A stretch of DNA of 64,000 bases, taken from assembly GCA_030704615.1 (NCBI GenBank), contig CM060732.1:21576001-21640000 (forward strand), in the 5' to 3' direction. The stretch comes from Takakia lepidozioides (Eukaryota > Plantae > Bryophyta). The translations under genes and the position numbers were made by a program. Below the pieces are notes generated by a model. That model was not told the DNA's origin, made no database searches, and saw nothing but the letters and a program-made list of their open reading frames with translations. Positions 51,448 to 64,000 of this stretch are shown here, piece by piece. Position 1 is the stretch's first letter, and every line of letters starts with the position of its first letter.

Positions 51448-52101
51448 CAAATGTCATAAAGGTGTCCACCTTCCTTAGGAGGGTAGTAGCTTGTCGGAGT
51501 CAAGAGACACTATAGTTTAGGCTTGGTTCGCGAGTCCACAGTTTTTCTCCCAACATTGTGGTCCCACCTTGCCAATGGAGACCGGGTCATTAGACAACAA
51601 AAACATAAACGTCGAGGATGCTCACACATTCGGCCGTTTAATTGTATAGAGACGGATCACTAGAGCAGGTAGCCAAGTGGTTCAATGGAAACATCTTTTT
51701 AGATGAAGAGACACTATACTTTAGGCTTTCTCAGGGAGGAGTCCTCTTTCTTTCTTCCTATTGAGATGCAAAATCAAAGAGGAAAACTGAGAAGATATCC
51801 ACCGCATCCTAATTGAAAAATGGTGAAAATTAACACATCGCATGTTTTTTAAAATGTTTTATTTTTTCTCATCAAATTCTATTAAAATTTAGAGGATATA
51901 AGATGTATTTGAAGTTATAATAAGACATCAACATGACAAAACATGGCAAAAGATACTTGCATTATTTTTGGGTGTATAATCTGCCTTATGGCCTTCTCAG
52001 GGTTTATTTATTTTTTCCCTGTTTTATAAAATTAATTGGCTATGCCTTTAGTTTTCTTAAATAAAACAAATACTGCATTATAACATGACCAATAAAATAA
52101 T

Positions 52102-52133
<32 letters not shown>

Positions 52134-54761
52134 CGCCTCTGCCCTGACTCGCCAGACTTCGACCGTGACATCAACTGGAGATACATCAAGGGGAAGCGTT
52201 CGGTGAAACTAAATTTCGATCACTAATTGTTGTAAACTCAATCCCGCTGGGCAGGAGAAATCGCAAGTCGTCATAGTTTAGCTCGTGGTTTCCTGCGCAC
52301 TTCTGCTCCTTGGGGCTCTCCAGTCTGCTCTGCTCGCACTAGACTCAGTAGGTAGGCAATTACATTTCTTATTGGTCCTTTGCTTTCTAAAAGTACCTCA
52401 AGCAGTTTAATTATAGGCATTTATATCCTGGGGTGGTGGTATGGCCGACAATGGTCGCCCATTTTCATCTCCAAGGGCCTTTATGGCCATTAGCAATTGC
52501 CATTTCGGCGGTCTCTCTCGCTTTAGTCTAGGATCGTCCCTCATCCTTTGGACGTGCACTCTGCCTTGTGATGGCCCCAACTCTCCTCATCACCAAATTG
52601 CCTTATTCATCCAAAGCGGCGATACTCATTCGTAGTATAACTTTTTGGCTTAAAAATGCCGTAACACCGTTACAATGATAGCGTAGCCAAGGTTAGTTAA
52701 TGCTTGTGGCTACATCCTGACCGTTCAATAGATCTAGGGCTATGAAAGGGCGCCGCGGGCTTAGCCAATCACGCCTTGCCACGCGGCGTGAAGGCATGCA
52801 GCTAGGGTTTGTATAAAGCGGTGGCCTGACCTTGTGTTAGGCAGCTGATGTACGTTGGTGTATGTGTGTGTGTGTAAAGGTGTCCTAGCACGATACGTGT
52901 GAGATTTCTGTCAGTTGGCTTGTGAAAATCCTCCTCTCGCGTGCATGCACGCTCCTCTTGCTTTGCCCCTGTCATTTTGAAGAGCACTTGTGAGGATAGG
53001 CAGATATTCCTCCTGCCTCTTTTATGGTGGAGGCGCGCCGACTACTTTCCTTGATCATTTGAACGACATGCTTAGGTTGCAATTAAAGCGCTCCTTAGTG
53101 TCTAATAAGCATAACAGGAGTCCGCCACCCTGCGGTGTATTTGCTTAGTGTTGAGTTCCCTCCCTGCTTGCTTGTTAATCTTGCTTACATATCAGGTTAT
53201 GGCATCTCATGTGTCAATTACTAGAAGTGTTGTTGATCGTGAAGGAGAGCGCTTGCATGTGGAGCTTGATCTGGTCATTCACTATCTGCTTCACCTGCTA
53301 ACCCTCCTTCTTCCAGTACGCCACCTGGCACTCTTGCCTTGCCGGTGTTACCGGTGCGTGGAGATAATGCTATCAATTCGGGTCTTGTTGTCCGCTTGAA
53401 TTCACCTAGTCGTAGTGAAGAAGCTAATCTAGCTGCAGCCGAGGCTTGGTCGCCAAGCACTGAGAGGTCTGGTTCATTGGATATAAGCTGTGATCCCGTA
53501 ACTTTGATAACTATCACGATCCAGGGCCCGATTATGTCTGTCCCAGAGAGCAGGAAAGAGAGTTTGAGAGAGACATAGCACATTCACAGGAGTATGATGC
53601 TTCAGTGTGTAGCTTGCTTTCTGTTTATCAATTCAGGTTTAACAAAGTAGAGATTGCGGTACAACGAGACATATCCTACTTTACTGAGAGTCAAGTTTTG
53701 GCGCCGAGACGACCTGACTCTGACCCGGCGGTGATCGCTACGGATTCTCTCTCTTTGACAAGGCAGGCTGTGGCCTCGAGGAACGTTGTGACGTGGTCAA
53801 GGCCCGCTTCTTGAATCATCAGATCCTATCGTGGAAGGAACTGGGGCTTCATCTTCCTTTATCTATTGAACGAGTTCATTGTGATTGGCCAGTCTCCTCT
53901 TTTGTCGAGCCATCTTGGTTGTCGTTAGCTCTCCTAGGTACGGGCTCTCTCATTTTGCGTCTGCTTCGCTTTCCTCACGAGCCAAGCAGGGGTCTGCCGC
54001 CGTCGATCGACCTGCTTGAAGGACTGTCGTTGGACAGTCTGGTGGCCAAGCTTCCGACATTGTCATTTTGCCAGGGACCCTGTTTGATGATCAATGGCTT
54101 GTTGGACCTAAGGTGCTTGAAAATCTTGATCACTTTCCTGTTGACTCAATGTTATCCCGCGTTTGGGAGAAGGAGAACTCTACCTGTGTATCTTTTTGGG
54201 TCAAGACCACGAGTGCGTGGAAATGGTGGGCCCTCTCCATGCACGATTCTGACTCTCATTACATCACCAAGGTGATTTCATGTTCAACCTGGCCTTGAAT
54301 TAAGGGCGATCGTGGTATTGCGGGCTGCTATGGCGGGTTGTTGCCCGTCTCTGTTCACCGACTTTGGCTTAATCAGAACTCTTTTGGTATTCGTTGCTTC
54401 CAAGTTATCTCTCTACTGTTCCTTACATCTTGGCATATAAGTGTAATCAAAATGAAAATTTCTTGTTCGTATTGGGTTCGTTGCTTCCTGTTGCATGGTA
54501 GAAAACACTGCTGGTACTTGGTTGAGGTCTGGGCGACAGCGTGTTGCGATGGATGCTCCCGATCTGGCCACAACGGAATCAGCCCTGTCGTAGACGGAGA
54601 CGTGGGTCTTCCACCACCTGCAGGTAATTTAAGAAATAATCTGCGGGTGCAACATGATGTGGTAAGTCTGGAGGAGGGATCGCCTCTACCAGAGGCCAGC
54701 CTCTAAACTGATTTATTTTATAGGGATGGTATTGTTTCCCAAAGAATTAGGAGATGTTTAG

Positions 54762-57700
54762 GTGACGCTGGTTGGTCTCACACCAGCAGTACGATCTCAG
54801 GTGCCCGGGGCTACTATGTTACTTGGTAGTAGGCCCGTGGCACAGAACATAGATGGTAGTGGTGAATTTGCTACTAATGAGGGCCTGTCCACAGCTACTG
54901 ATCAGCTGGCCTCTACTCGACTTATGGCCACGATGCCTGACTTGGCTCAAGTTACAGTAGCAGCCAGTTCCTTGGGTGGTATTTCCAGGCATGCCACCCA
55001 TCGCCCTTCTTTTGACCCAACTGTCAGTGGTGTGTATAAAACAAATGTGTCGATCTCAGGGGTAGGGGCTAATATGAGCAGTATGCCGGCCCCACCAAGT
55101 GCTCAAGTTCACATAGGCCCTACTAGTAGTTTGCCCGTTTCTATGATGAATGTTCCTAGTCCCGCTCTTGGGGGAGGAATTGGTGTGTCTGTAACTCCTA
55201 GAATATCTGTTGGGATATTGAATATTGCTTGTTCTAGTGTAGGAGGTCAGTCAGCCCAGCAATTGGGCAGGCCACCCATTCCCATAGTGAGTAGGATGGC
55301 TCCCAACCAAGCTGCAATGGTCGGTCAAGCTGTCCAGTCAAGGCCTACGCTGCATGTTCCCCCAGTGAGCATGACAACGTTGCCACCAAGTCTGCCATCT
55401 TTGTCCTCCAAGGGTCCTTCTAATATAATGGGTAATAGCTATGTTCTGGTTGCTCGTGGGGTGCATGCCATGAATAATGTTACTGGTCAGCCTCAGGCTA
55501 CAGCTCCCTGCTGCCCTGCCCATGGATTTGCTTATCCTGGTCACATGAACCATAGTCTGCCCTATCACCTGCTGCCTCAGATGACCACCCAGTCATATCC
55601 CGAATATACTATGGGAGAAGACTTTGATAGATATCTCCAGATGTTTGAAGTGATTGCTGAAATGAATGGTATGCCTGAGAATTTTAAAATAACGATCTTT
55701 AGGATGAGCATGAAGGGACCAGCCCGTGACTTGCTGCATGCAGTCATCATGGATGACCCCAATCTCAATTGGACGTCCCTTGTGGAATGGGCCAAAACCC
55801 TGTTTAAACCTCCTGAACGGCCCTTAGACTGTTTTACCAAATTAAGCTCCAGGACTTACCAGCCAGGTGAGTCCTTATGGAAATATTACATGGACCTAAA
55901 ATTTGCTGCTGCAGAAAATATTATTGATCTAGCAGAACGTGATCATATGGTAAAAACATTCTTTCTCCTTGGCTTGCCCCCTGCTATTCAAAATTGGGCT
56001 CAACGTCATCATTTTGTCAATGACAAAACTATGCTAGCAGAAGTTAATCTTAAGATGGCAGACTTAGCTGACAACAAATCAATGCAAACCCATGCCAAGT
56101 TTCAAGCTCCAGTGGGCTCCGAGCTTGGCATGACTACAACATCTTCACCCTATGTTCCGCCTGCTATGCAATGCAAGCCAGATGACTTTACACTACAAGG
56201 GTTAGCCAAACTGTGGGTAGTTTAATTGAGTCAGTAGGCACTCAGTTTGCTGCTATGCAGGCACATCAGCAACGTTGGCAGCCTAAGCATGCACAAGGTC
56301 AGACAGGGGGCAACAACAGAGGTCGTACCCAGACTGGTCAGGCATATGAGGGCAACCATGCTGCATGTTATATTTGTGGGTCCTTTCAACATTGGACCAA
56401 GCATTGTCCCGACAGAGCAGGGCTGCCAGAGCTCATCAAGAACAAGAAGGCTGCCAGCAGCTCCACCCCTCCTTTAGACTAGACAGACCTTTTGGGAAGG
56501 GGCAAGAGGTCCATCAGTTTCCAACCCTACCTCTCTTATACAAGTTGTTTTGTCCACTAACTTCAAAGCATTGCATTGTCCGCTCAGCAGGATAACAGAT
56601 CAGCCTGCTCATGGCTCAATGCCATATCCATGAATTGAGCTTTCCTTGTGTGATAGACGCAGGATGCACCATCTCTACAATACCTTTCAAATGTTGTGAG
56701 AGTTCTTGGTCTTAAGTTATGCCCTACTCTTGGTATTGAAGTGCTGATTGCAGATGGATCCAGATATGAGCCTCTGGGTCTGGTCACTGTGCCCATCCGA
56801 ATTCACAAGAAAGAGGTTGTGGTCACCTGCATAGTTACCATTGGAGATCAATTTTTACTAGGCCTTGACTGGATGACTGGAGCTGGTGCAACCATCAGTC
56901 TCACCGACTCTCTCTTTGCTTTAACAATGGTGAGGGCCATGAGGTAATTGTGCCCTTGAAAGCTGTCAAGCTTAAAGCTGGGTCTGCCATGGCCAACCTC
57001 TTCAGAGTACAGGCCTTGGTCAAAGAGGTACAACAAAACTCTCACTCCAACCTCAATTGGAATGATTTTTACAAGTTTCAACCTGATCTACAACTCTTAT
57101 ATCAATGGCATGTCCTAGTGCTGGTGGCAGAACATGGATGCCCATAGCTATTCCAAAGAATTCTACTCTGATTTGTGCACCTATCAACATCACCATCCCT
57201 GCCACGACCCAAAAAGTGGTTAAATTTGGACTGGCCTTTTTGTGTCAAGCTGCTCATTTTCTTGAAGTAGAAGGTTGTCAAAGACTCACTGCTCTTAAGC
57301 ATTAATGTCTGGTGGCTACTGGTGTGATAGATAGAGGATATAGGCAGGAAGTCAAGATTTTAATTGCTAATCTAGAGCGCCTTCCTGTGACTATTAAGAA
57401 GGGACAGGTCTTGGCTCGCATTACTGCCTTACCCATTGCTGAAATACAAGAAGTGTAAGTTGGCTTTGGGCTGGAGGCCATTGGCATTCAACATGACCAT
57501 TTGGATGTTGTTGCTGCTTTTGTTGCAATTGCACCACCACCTATCCCTAATCTAAGTCCTGAAAGTAAGGCTGCCCTCACCAAAGTATTGTCTGAAATCC
57601 AATTAGGCACTACCCTCTCCTCAGGCCAAAAGAAAAGAGTGGAGATGCTTGTTGCAAAAAATCTAGAAGTCTTCAACTTGGGATCTACTGATTTGGGGCG

Positions 57701-58724
57701 TACTCCCATCCTTCAACATGACATTGTTACTGAAGGACCTCCTATTAAGCAATTTGCACACAGAGAGAGTGTCAAGGAGCGTGCTATAGTCCAAGAAGAA
57801 GTCCAGAAAATGCTAGATGCTAGTGTGATCAAGCCATCAGTTTCTCCTTGGGCTAGTCCAATTGTCCTGGTTGGTAAGAAAGATGGCATTACTCGTTTTT
57901 GTGTTGACTTCAGGAAACTGAATGACATCACCAAGAAGGATGTCTATCCTCTACCCATGATCAATGTGACCTTGGATAAACATTACATCAAACCCTTCCT
58001 TGGTCTGGTTTCCTATTATAGGTGCTTCATAAACTTTGTAAAGCTTGCTCACCCTCTGACCAAGGTATTGTGCAAGGATGCCAGGTTTGAATGGACCTTC
58101 ACTCAGCAAGCTGCCTTTGACACTCTTCGCAAGGCTTTATGTTCAGCTCCCATCTTGATGTTTCCTAACTTTGAATTACCCTTCTTCCTTCAGACTGATA
58201 CATCAGATGTTGCTATTTTTGCAATCTTATGTCAAGTCGTAGAAGACAAAGAGCATGTGATAGCTTATGCATCTCGCCGTCTAGATCGTCATGAGCGGAA
58301 TTATTCCATATCTGATAAGGAGGGTCTAGCCCTGGTCTTTGGTGTGAAGCATTTCAGGCAATATTTACATGGCAGCCGGTTTGTGGTGGAGACTGATCAC
58401 CTTCCACTCAAGGCTCTTGTTAAACCAAGGGAGCTTCATGGCAGACTTGCTAGATAGGCTATGTATCTGCAGGAATTTAACATGGATATAGTCTACAAGA
58501 AGGACAAGGAAAACACAAATGTTGATGCACTTATACGGGTTGATCCTCCTGTCAGCAGGCCTATGCTCACCTTGGATGACCTTGTTGCTGCTGATGCAGC
58601 CCTTCCTCCTGATCCAGCTCCTCTTCTCAATCTCATTTGTGCATATCAGCACCCCTTGGCCTTGGATTCAAATGGCATATTGGCTGCTTGGGGCTGGTCT
58701 AGCCTTCTTGATGATCCTGGTTGA
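54762..58724 (+). mobile_element. Decayed Ty3/Gypsy element: gag (CCHC), protease, dUTPase, deleted RT, RNase H; no integrase seen
   Basis: CYICGSFQHWTKHC; IDAGCTISTI..FLLGLDW; GVIDRGYRQEVKILIAN..IKKGQVLAR; SPWASPIVLVGKKDG.TRFCVDFRKLN..YPLP; QTD.SD.AI.AIL.Q..VIAYASR..RNYS..EGLALVFG..HFR.YL.G..F.VETDH. Upstream ~52700-54760 is probably its LTR/leader. Confidence 0.9.
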
Positions 58725-59008
58725 TTTGTTCATGTGTTAGTATGTGTGGTGGATTTATCGCTTAGAGAGAATTTGGATGGTTTGGTGGAAGTTCATTGTT
58801 GTGTTCTAGCTCTTCTCTTTTCTAGGCCCTCGAATTTGTTGCGATTCAGTTGCTGCACTCCGGTGTGACTATTGGCTTGAGCCTCAAGGCCTGAATTTGG
58901 CTGTCCATGAGTAGTAACAAATGAGGTGAAGGTATCCCTGGCTGGAGATCATAGGTGCATGCACTCCAGACCACCTTCTCTAAAGCCATTGTCTACCTCT
59001 TATGTGGG

Positions 59009-59420
59009 GGGATGCTAGTCCGTGAGCGGCTCACGTGAGCGGGGAGATGCGTGAGCGAGAAGATGTCAATCCGTGAGCGGAAAGATGCTCACGCCAGAGG
59101 GAGTAGGGGCCCACAACCGCAGACGGTGATAACCCAAGGGACCTATTCCCGTGGGAACGAGTGAAAATAATGCGTACCTGGATTTGGAAATGGATGAACG
59201 TTGGATGAATAGTGGATAGATGAAAAATGTTGGATGGATGGTGGATGAATGTTGGTTGGATGTTACATTAATGATGGCTGAGTGTGGGGCGAATGATGGA
59301 TGATGTATGCTGGAACTCTGGATGAGCGACGGAGTGACAAATTTGGAATTTAAGAATTTCAGTCAGTTGATGGATGGACTTATGTTTTGGATGCATGAAC
59401 AATGTACGTGCATATGTGTA
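59009..59420. repeat. Terminus and subterminal repeats of element copy 2 (GGGATGC, CGTGAGC repeats, TGGATG-rich tract)
   Basis: Same order and spacing of motifs as the reverse complement of 22890-23305. Confidence 0.65.
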
Positions 59421-59614
59421 AGGACTGGAAGTATTGTGGACCCACAGAGAGTGTATGAATGGACTTGCAAGTGAAGATGAGAATTTTTTTGTCCAGAATA
59501 TGTCTTATGTAGTCAAAGTTGGGGAGGGAGGCACGCAGTTGAAGCAAGAGAAGCAATCTCGTGACAGTTGATTACCTAGATATTCCCCAACAGGTGGAAC
59601 CAATCGGAAAATTT

Positions 59615-62600
59615 CTATGCACTGGAACTTGTGGTACCTCCAGACTCTGACGCACTAATGTCCATAAAGATCCTAGCCCTGCTGTCCACCTTTTCTACAT
59701 GATTTATGCAAAGTAGAGGGGGAGAGTGGCAAAGAGTATACTCTCTAGCGGCGGCCTCAGCATAGCATGGCAACTGTAGGGGGGGAGGTGGGCTCGAGAA
59801 AAATTCCGGGTTAGCAAAGAAAGGGATGATTCTCCTTGTTTTTGGTGTCCTGCAAAGATTCCCAAAGTTGCAAGACCTGTAAGCAGAAAGACATGACCGC
59901 GGAAGGGAAATGCTTGTCAACAAAAATGAAGGTCTATATAATATAAAAACCGACATTTCATCCAAAACAAACCGGACTTACGTACACTCAAAGTCGGAGT
60001 CCACGTCGAGGTCTTCATTTGGAAGATCTCGATCGTCAAAAATTGTTTCTTTGTGTGGGGCCGATGTTGAGCCGGAGGTGAGTTGTTGAATCTCGCATGA
60101 AAATAGCTCCGCATCCCCCTCCATGCCGAAGAAGTGTCTACCGGTGCTCTTGCAGGCATGGAATGGCAAACGTACAGAACGAATGGTTAGAAAACCAAGA
60201 ATAATTACAAATTTAAGATCCTAGATACGATAGAGGAGGAGACTTGGCAGGGCATACCTGTTCCCAAAGATAAGTCCACCACCCGCCCCCCATGCCGGCT
60301 GCAAGTCTCCACCAGAGTCTGCATGAATGCTGGAGATTTCTCCCGAGCACCTCTCCAAGGGACACCATTCGTCCTTTTCATGGTCCGCCCGGAGTCCACG
60401 TAATTGTACAGGACATCGTCCCCCACAGGCTCACAGGTGGGGTCGATGTGTGCTGCAAGGTCTCTCAACTGGAACTCCGCAATACCGGTAGGGAGGGTGT
60501 CCTTTCGCATCCTCACCAAGCACAAAGCCTCGAACACCCGAGTCTGCATTCCCCCCCCCCCAAAACAGTCAGTTTTCGAACATGCTCAACGAGCTCAAGT
60601 GAATAAAAGCACAAGAAGAGGCAGGCCACAATCCTGAACTCACCCTCTGTCCTGGGAACTCCCCCTTGGAAAGTGGAAGAGTGTTGATGCACGTCCATGT
60701 TTTGATGACCTTAAATCCGGAAACGTTCATGTAACTGAAAAGGGTTCTGTGTGCCAACGTCTTTTGCTTGCAAAAATAGAAGTGCTCCTGCATCAGACAA
60801 AAATTTGTTGCTAAAGGAAAAAACCCACTGCCAGAAAAGGGTATCTGACTTGTTCCACGATGGCGTTGTGTTCGATGGCAAGACATCCGGCACAGGCAAA
60901 CCATCTGGAATATCTAGCACCACCAGGTCTGTTGCATACGCTTGCTGGCTTCCATTCACCCATTCAGGTCTTTTGGTGACCTATTTCACATAACAAAAAT
61001 AATCGACCAATTAGGAGCACAACTCAATTTTGAACATAGTGAAGAACACCCCAGGCAAAGTTTGTGTGGTTACCGGTTTGAGGAAAGAAACTAGGATGTC
61101 CCAAGTGTTCGATTTCTCTCCTTTGAAAGTGGATTTCCTGGATTCCATCATTGCCAAGAAGCTCTCAGAGACTGTGGCTGGTACCTGGACTTGCCGAAAT
61201 TGGACACCCCGTTCGAGGAGGTGGTGATGCGCAACTTCAATGATAATGCAGCAGCTCTTGCACCACTCAGTGACAAGGAAATTCAGGAGAGAATAATTCA
61301 ATCCCTCGCAGCAAAGGAGCCGGAAAAAATTAGCACTCCTAAACGCAAAGGGAAGGGCGCAGGTGACGGGAAGGGTAAGGGGAAGATTGTGGCTGGGCAG
61401 GAACAGTCTGTGCAGGACACCATGGAGCGTCTGCCCTTTCCAACTCGCAAGGACAGGAGAACCCCGAAAACTAAAGAACAACCTTACGAGGCCAGAGAGC
61501 ACCCTTCTCGGGTTTTGGGTCAGTATGAATTTGAGGTGCCCCAGTCCTTCGCGATTCCCGCAGTGTACATAGCCTTGTCCTTAGTGGGGTCTGCCCACAT
61601 GAAAATGAGATCCGGTTCGTCACTGAGGTACTTGCCCGGAATGAGGACATGGTATATGTACCTGGAAATCAAACCCAAATGAGCAGTTTGGTGAAGGTAA
61701 TTGTCAGTCAGACACAAAGAAGATGGAAAAATAAAGTACCTCGATCAACCTTGCGTTGACTCAAGGTTGTTCAAGGCATCCCAACGAATTGCGAAAACCA
61801 ACAATGAAAACACAAAATTGGTCTAGTACGAGCAACGAACAACCTTGCGTCAACGCAAGGCTGAACAATGCATTGAGGTATAACTTAAATGTACACTAAA
61901 ATCAAGCCTCAAACAACCTTGCATTAACGCAAGGTTGAAATGAGTCTGTAAAATGAATATTGAGAAGCAGAATTTGAAACGAAGAGACAGTGGAGAAGAA
62001 GAGGATGATCGAAATATGTACTACAACGTGCAGATAAATTTGAAAAAATGTTGTTCTGCAGGACCTACATCCAACCTTGCGAATTAGTACATGAAGTGGA
62101 GTACCATATGCCCGAACCAACCTTGCGTTGATGCAAGGCTAAATTGCGACTAGAAATTGAATGACTGACGATCATAATAGCCCTACCTTGTAAGTCCCAG
62201 TTCAGCCTTGTCAGAACATAAGGGGGATTTGAGGAAGCAAAACGCAAACACAAAGAAACGTGATACCTGTACAAGACTCGCTTCATAGCTTATTCGCTAT
62301 TGTACTGATTCTTGAACTCATTCGACCTCGAAATGCCTTTGTCTCTGTCAACTTCCATATAGAAACAGTTGTTCCATATTGCACTTTTCCATCTCCGTAT
62401 GTATTGATCTAGAGAGATTATGGGTGTCGTCATGGTGATTTTGTAGTCAACCAACGACTCCCCCAGTGCTGCAATTGCACGCTTCTCCAGCTGTCCAAAC
62501 AAGGCAATTGTGAGGCATCGGAGACAAGAAAACGGAATCATGGATTAATGCAGACTACAAGAATGGGCTGTTTATCTCACCTGGCTCCAGAATGTAGCTT

Positions 62601-64000
62601 TGTAAAGCCACTGGTCGAAGGAGTGGTCGCTCACCACTTTTATCACATTGGTTTTGGGGTCTCTTTCTGTTCTTGGAAACCCATACGTGTCCTTCACCAG
62701 AGGATCCGAGTTCCAAATCTCCAACCACCTGATTTTGGTTGCGGTGTCCACCATTGAAATGGAGAGGCGATGCAGCTTCTCTTGGGTCATTTTGGGCTTA
62801 GTTCCGTACTTATCGTAGTGCACTTTGACTTGCTCCAGAAACTCTGAGCCGAGACCTGGATCTGCAATGCGGATTTGTTTGTCAAAAGCACTCAGCAAGT
62901 TCTTTCTGTGGTTATCCATCTCAAACCGGATTGCCTCCGCCACCCCCACATCAGACCTCTCCTCCTCTACATGAGTGGCGTAGTATTCGGCCTTCGCCTT
63001 CAAGCTTGTCTCCGCTATCTCTTGCTGTAAACAATCCAAAATATACGATCCTTTAGTTCTCATCCATTGAATAGAAGCATCAAACTAGTCTGAAATTGAA
63101 TTCGGTTTATGTTTCTTTACCGTGTACATGTAGTCAAGAAATGCCTCTCTTGTCAGACTATACCAGGTGACGAGCTTCTTCACCCTGCATCTCTTCATTT
63201 GACTTTGGCTCAACACCTTCGCAAACGATTCCAGAGGCATCATATTGATCTTTTGGACCCGGAAAAGGGTACGGCAGAGGTTGGTTGTTACGTGGGAGGT
63301 TTCGTTTGATCTGCATTGAACAGTCACGTTGCCAATTAAAAAATAACAACCAGAAACAGAGCAAAGCATCCACATAATGCACAACAACTCCAGAAAACTT
63401 ACTTGTTGATGTCGTGCATGGCAGTGAGCAGCTGTGTGATTCGTCCTTTGTGATCAAAGACCATAGAATAAACGCTCCAGTGCCAATCCTTCTCGTCTGA
63501 GTGTAATTCGGATATGTAGTCCATCCAGGCAAGCAACCGGTGATTGCCATCCCACACAAAAAACATCTTCCCCATGAAAACTTTCGTGGATGCTTTTTTG
63601 GATAGTTTGGCCTTGAACTCTTTGTTAACTTCACGCCAACTTTGATCCCAACCATGCTCTATCTCTTCTGATACAGGGCACTCTTTGCCCTTCGTGTCAG
63701 TTGTGGAAACATAGAACACGGCAGATCCCTTCACATACCCATGCACGAAATCATTCTTCAGTTTCCTTATGTCGTTTCTGAGAGCTGGGCGGACAGCTGG
63801 CATCGATACCATTCTGCACAGTGGGATAAAAAGATCTCCACCAGGAATTTCCATTGACATGATTACCTTCGAAGAGTTCACCTTCTGTCCAGCTATAACA
63901 GCCTCTGCTCTGTTTTCGTAATGTTCGTCATCGCCTTCGTCGGCATCCCCATACTCTTCTTCTTCTCCGTCTCCGACAGGTTCTTTCCTTTTCCTCTTCC
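59615..64000 (-). pseudogene. ParB-methyltransferase gene, copy 2 (runs off the window); exons ~>64000-63403, 63310-63121, 63024-62581, 62490-62267, 61661-61074 (internally inverted), 60980-60644, 60543-60258, ~60171-59982, ~59850-59615
   Basis: MFFVWDGNHRLLAW; TDLVVLDIPDG..FLSDAGALLF; WRGAREKSPAFMQTLVETCSRHGGRVVDLSLGTG..ACKSTGRHFFGMEGD; GT-AG introns collinear with copy 1; TAA at 62290, frameshift near 60755, one acceptor apparently mutated. Confidence 0.78.
61746..62141. repeat. Four 24-bp palindromes CAACCTTGCGTYRACGCAAGGYTG plus one half-site, in one intron
   Basis: 61746-61769, 61840-61863, 61914-61937, 62118-62141; half-site CAACCTTGCG at 62072. Confidence 0.9.

Noticed and set aside
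50682-52146. Possible hAT-like element (CAGGGC...GCCCTG)
   Set aside because: Only a 6-bp inverted match and no 8-bp TSD.
30900-59009. Functional link between the two ParB-MTase elements and the EMS1 gene they flank
   Set aside because: Both copies are pseudogenised and separated from EMS1 by other repeats; proximity alone is not evidence.

Overview
Eukaryotic, repeat-rich land-plant DNA. The EMS1 sequence and overall style suggest a non-seed plant such as a lycophyte or fern, but this is inference. There is one intact host gene, a two-exon EMS1/EXS-type LRR receptor kinase (36999-41451, +). It is embedded in nested, decayed Ty1/Copia elements, a non-autonomous CACTA element, LINE and SINE remnants, a dUTPase-carrying Ty3/Gypsy element, and orphan exons (GH47 mannosidase, EFR3/SRL2-like, ABCC, DUF2921). 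The main discovery is two diverged, decayed copies of an unusual element (about 21541-30900, and 59009 to beyond 64000). Each carries a spliced gene joining a ParB/Srx-like domain (VWDGNHRLLAW) to a prokaryote-style beta-class N4C/N6A DNA-methyltransferase-like domain. Copy 1 also holds a Mutator-like transposase fragment, and both copies share a GGGATGC-N5-CGTGAGC terminus. Each copy has its own, different 24-bp palindrome repeated in its introns: GTGATGRTCGGYACCGAYCATCAC in copy 1 and CAACCTTGCGTYRACGCAAGGYTG in copy 2. This hints at a transposon-borne protein plus cognate-site system, although function is untested. Both copies are broken by inversions, one of which (about 3.66 kb) can be fully reconstructed from the sequence. 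All family assignments come from motif recognition by eye; no database searches were run.
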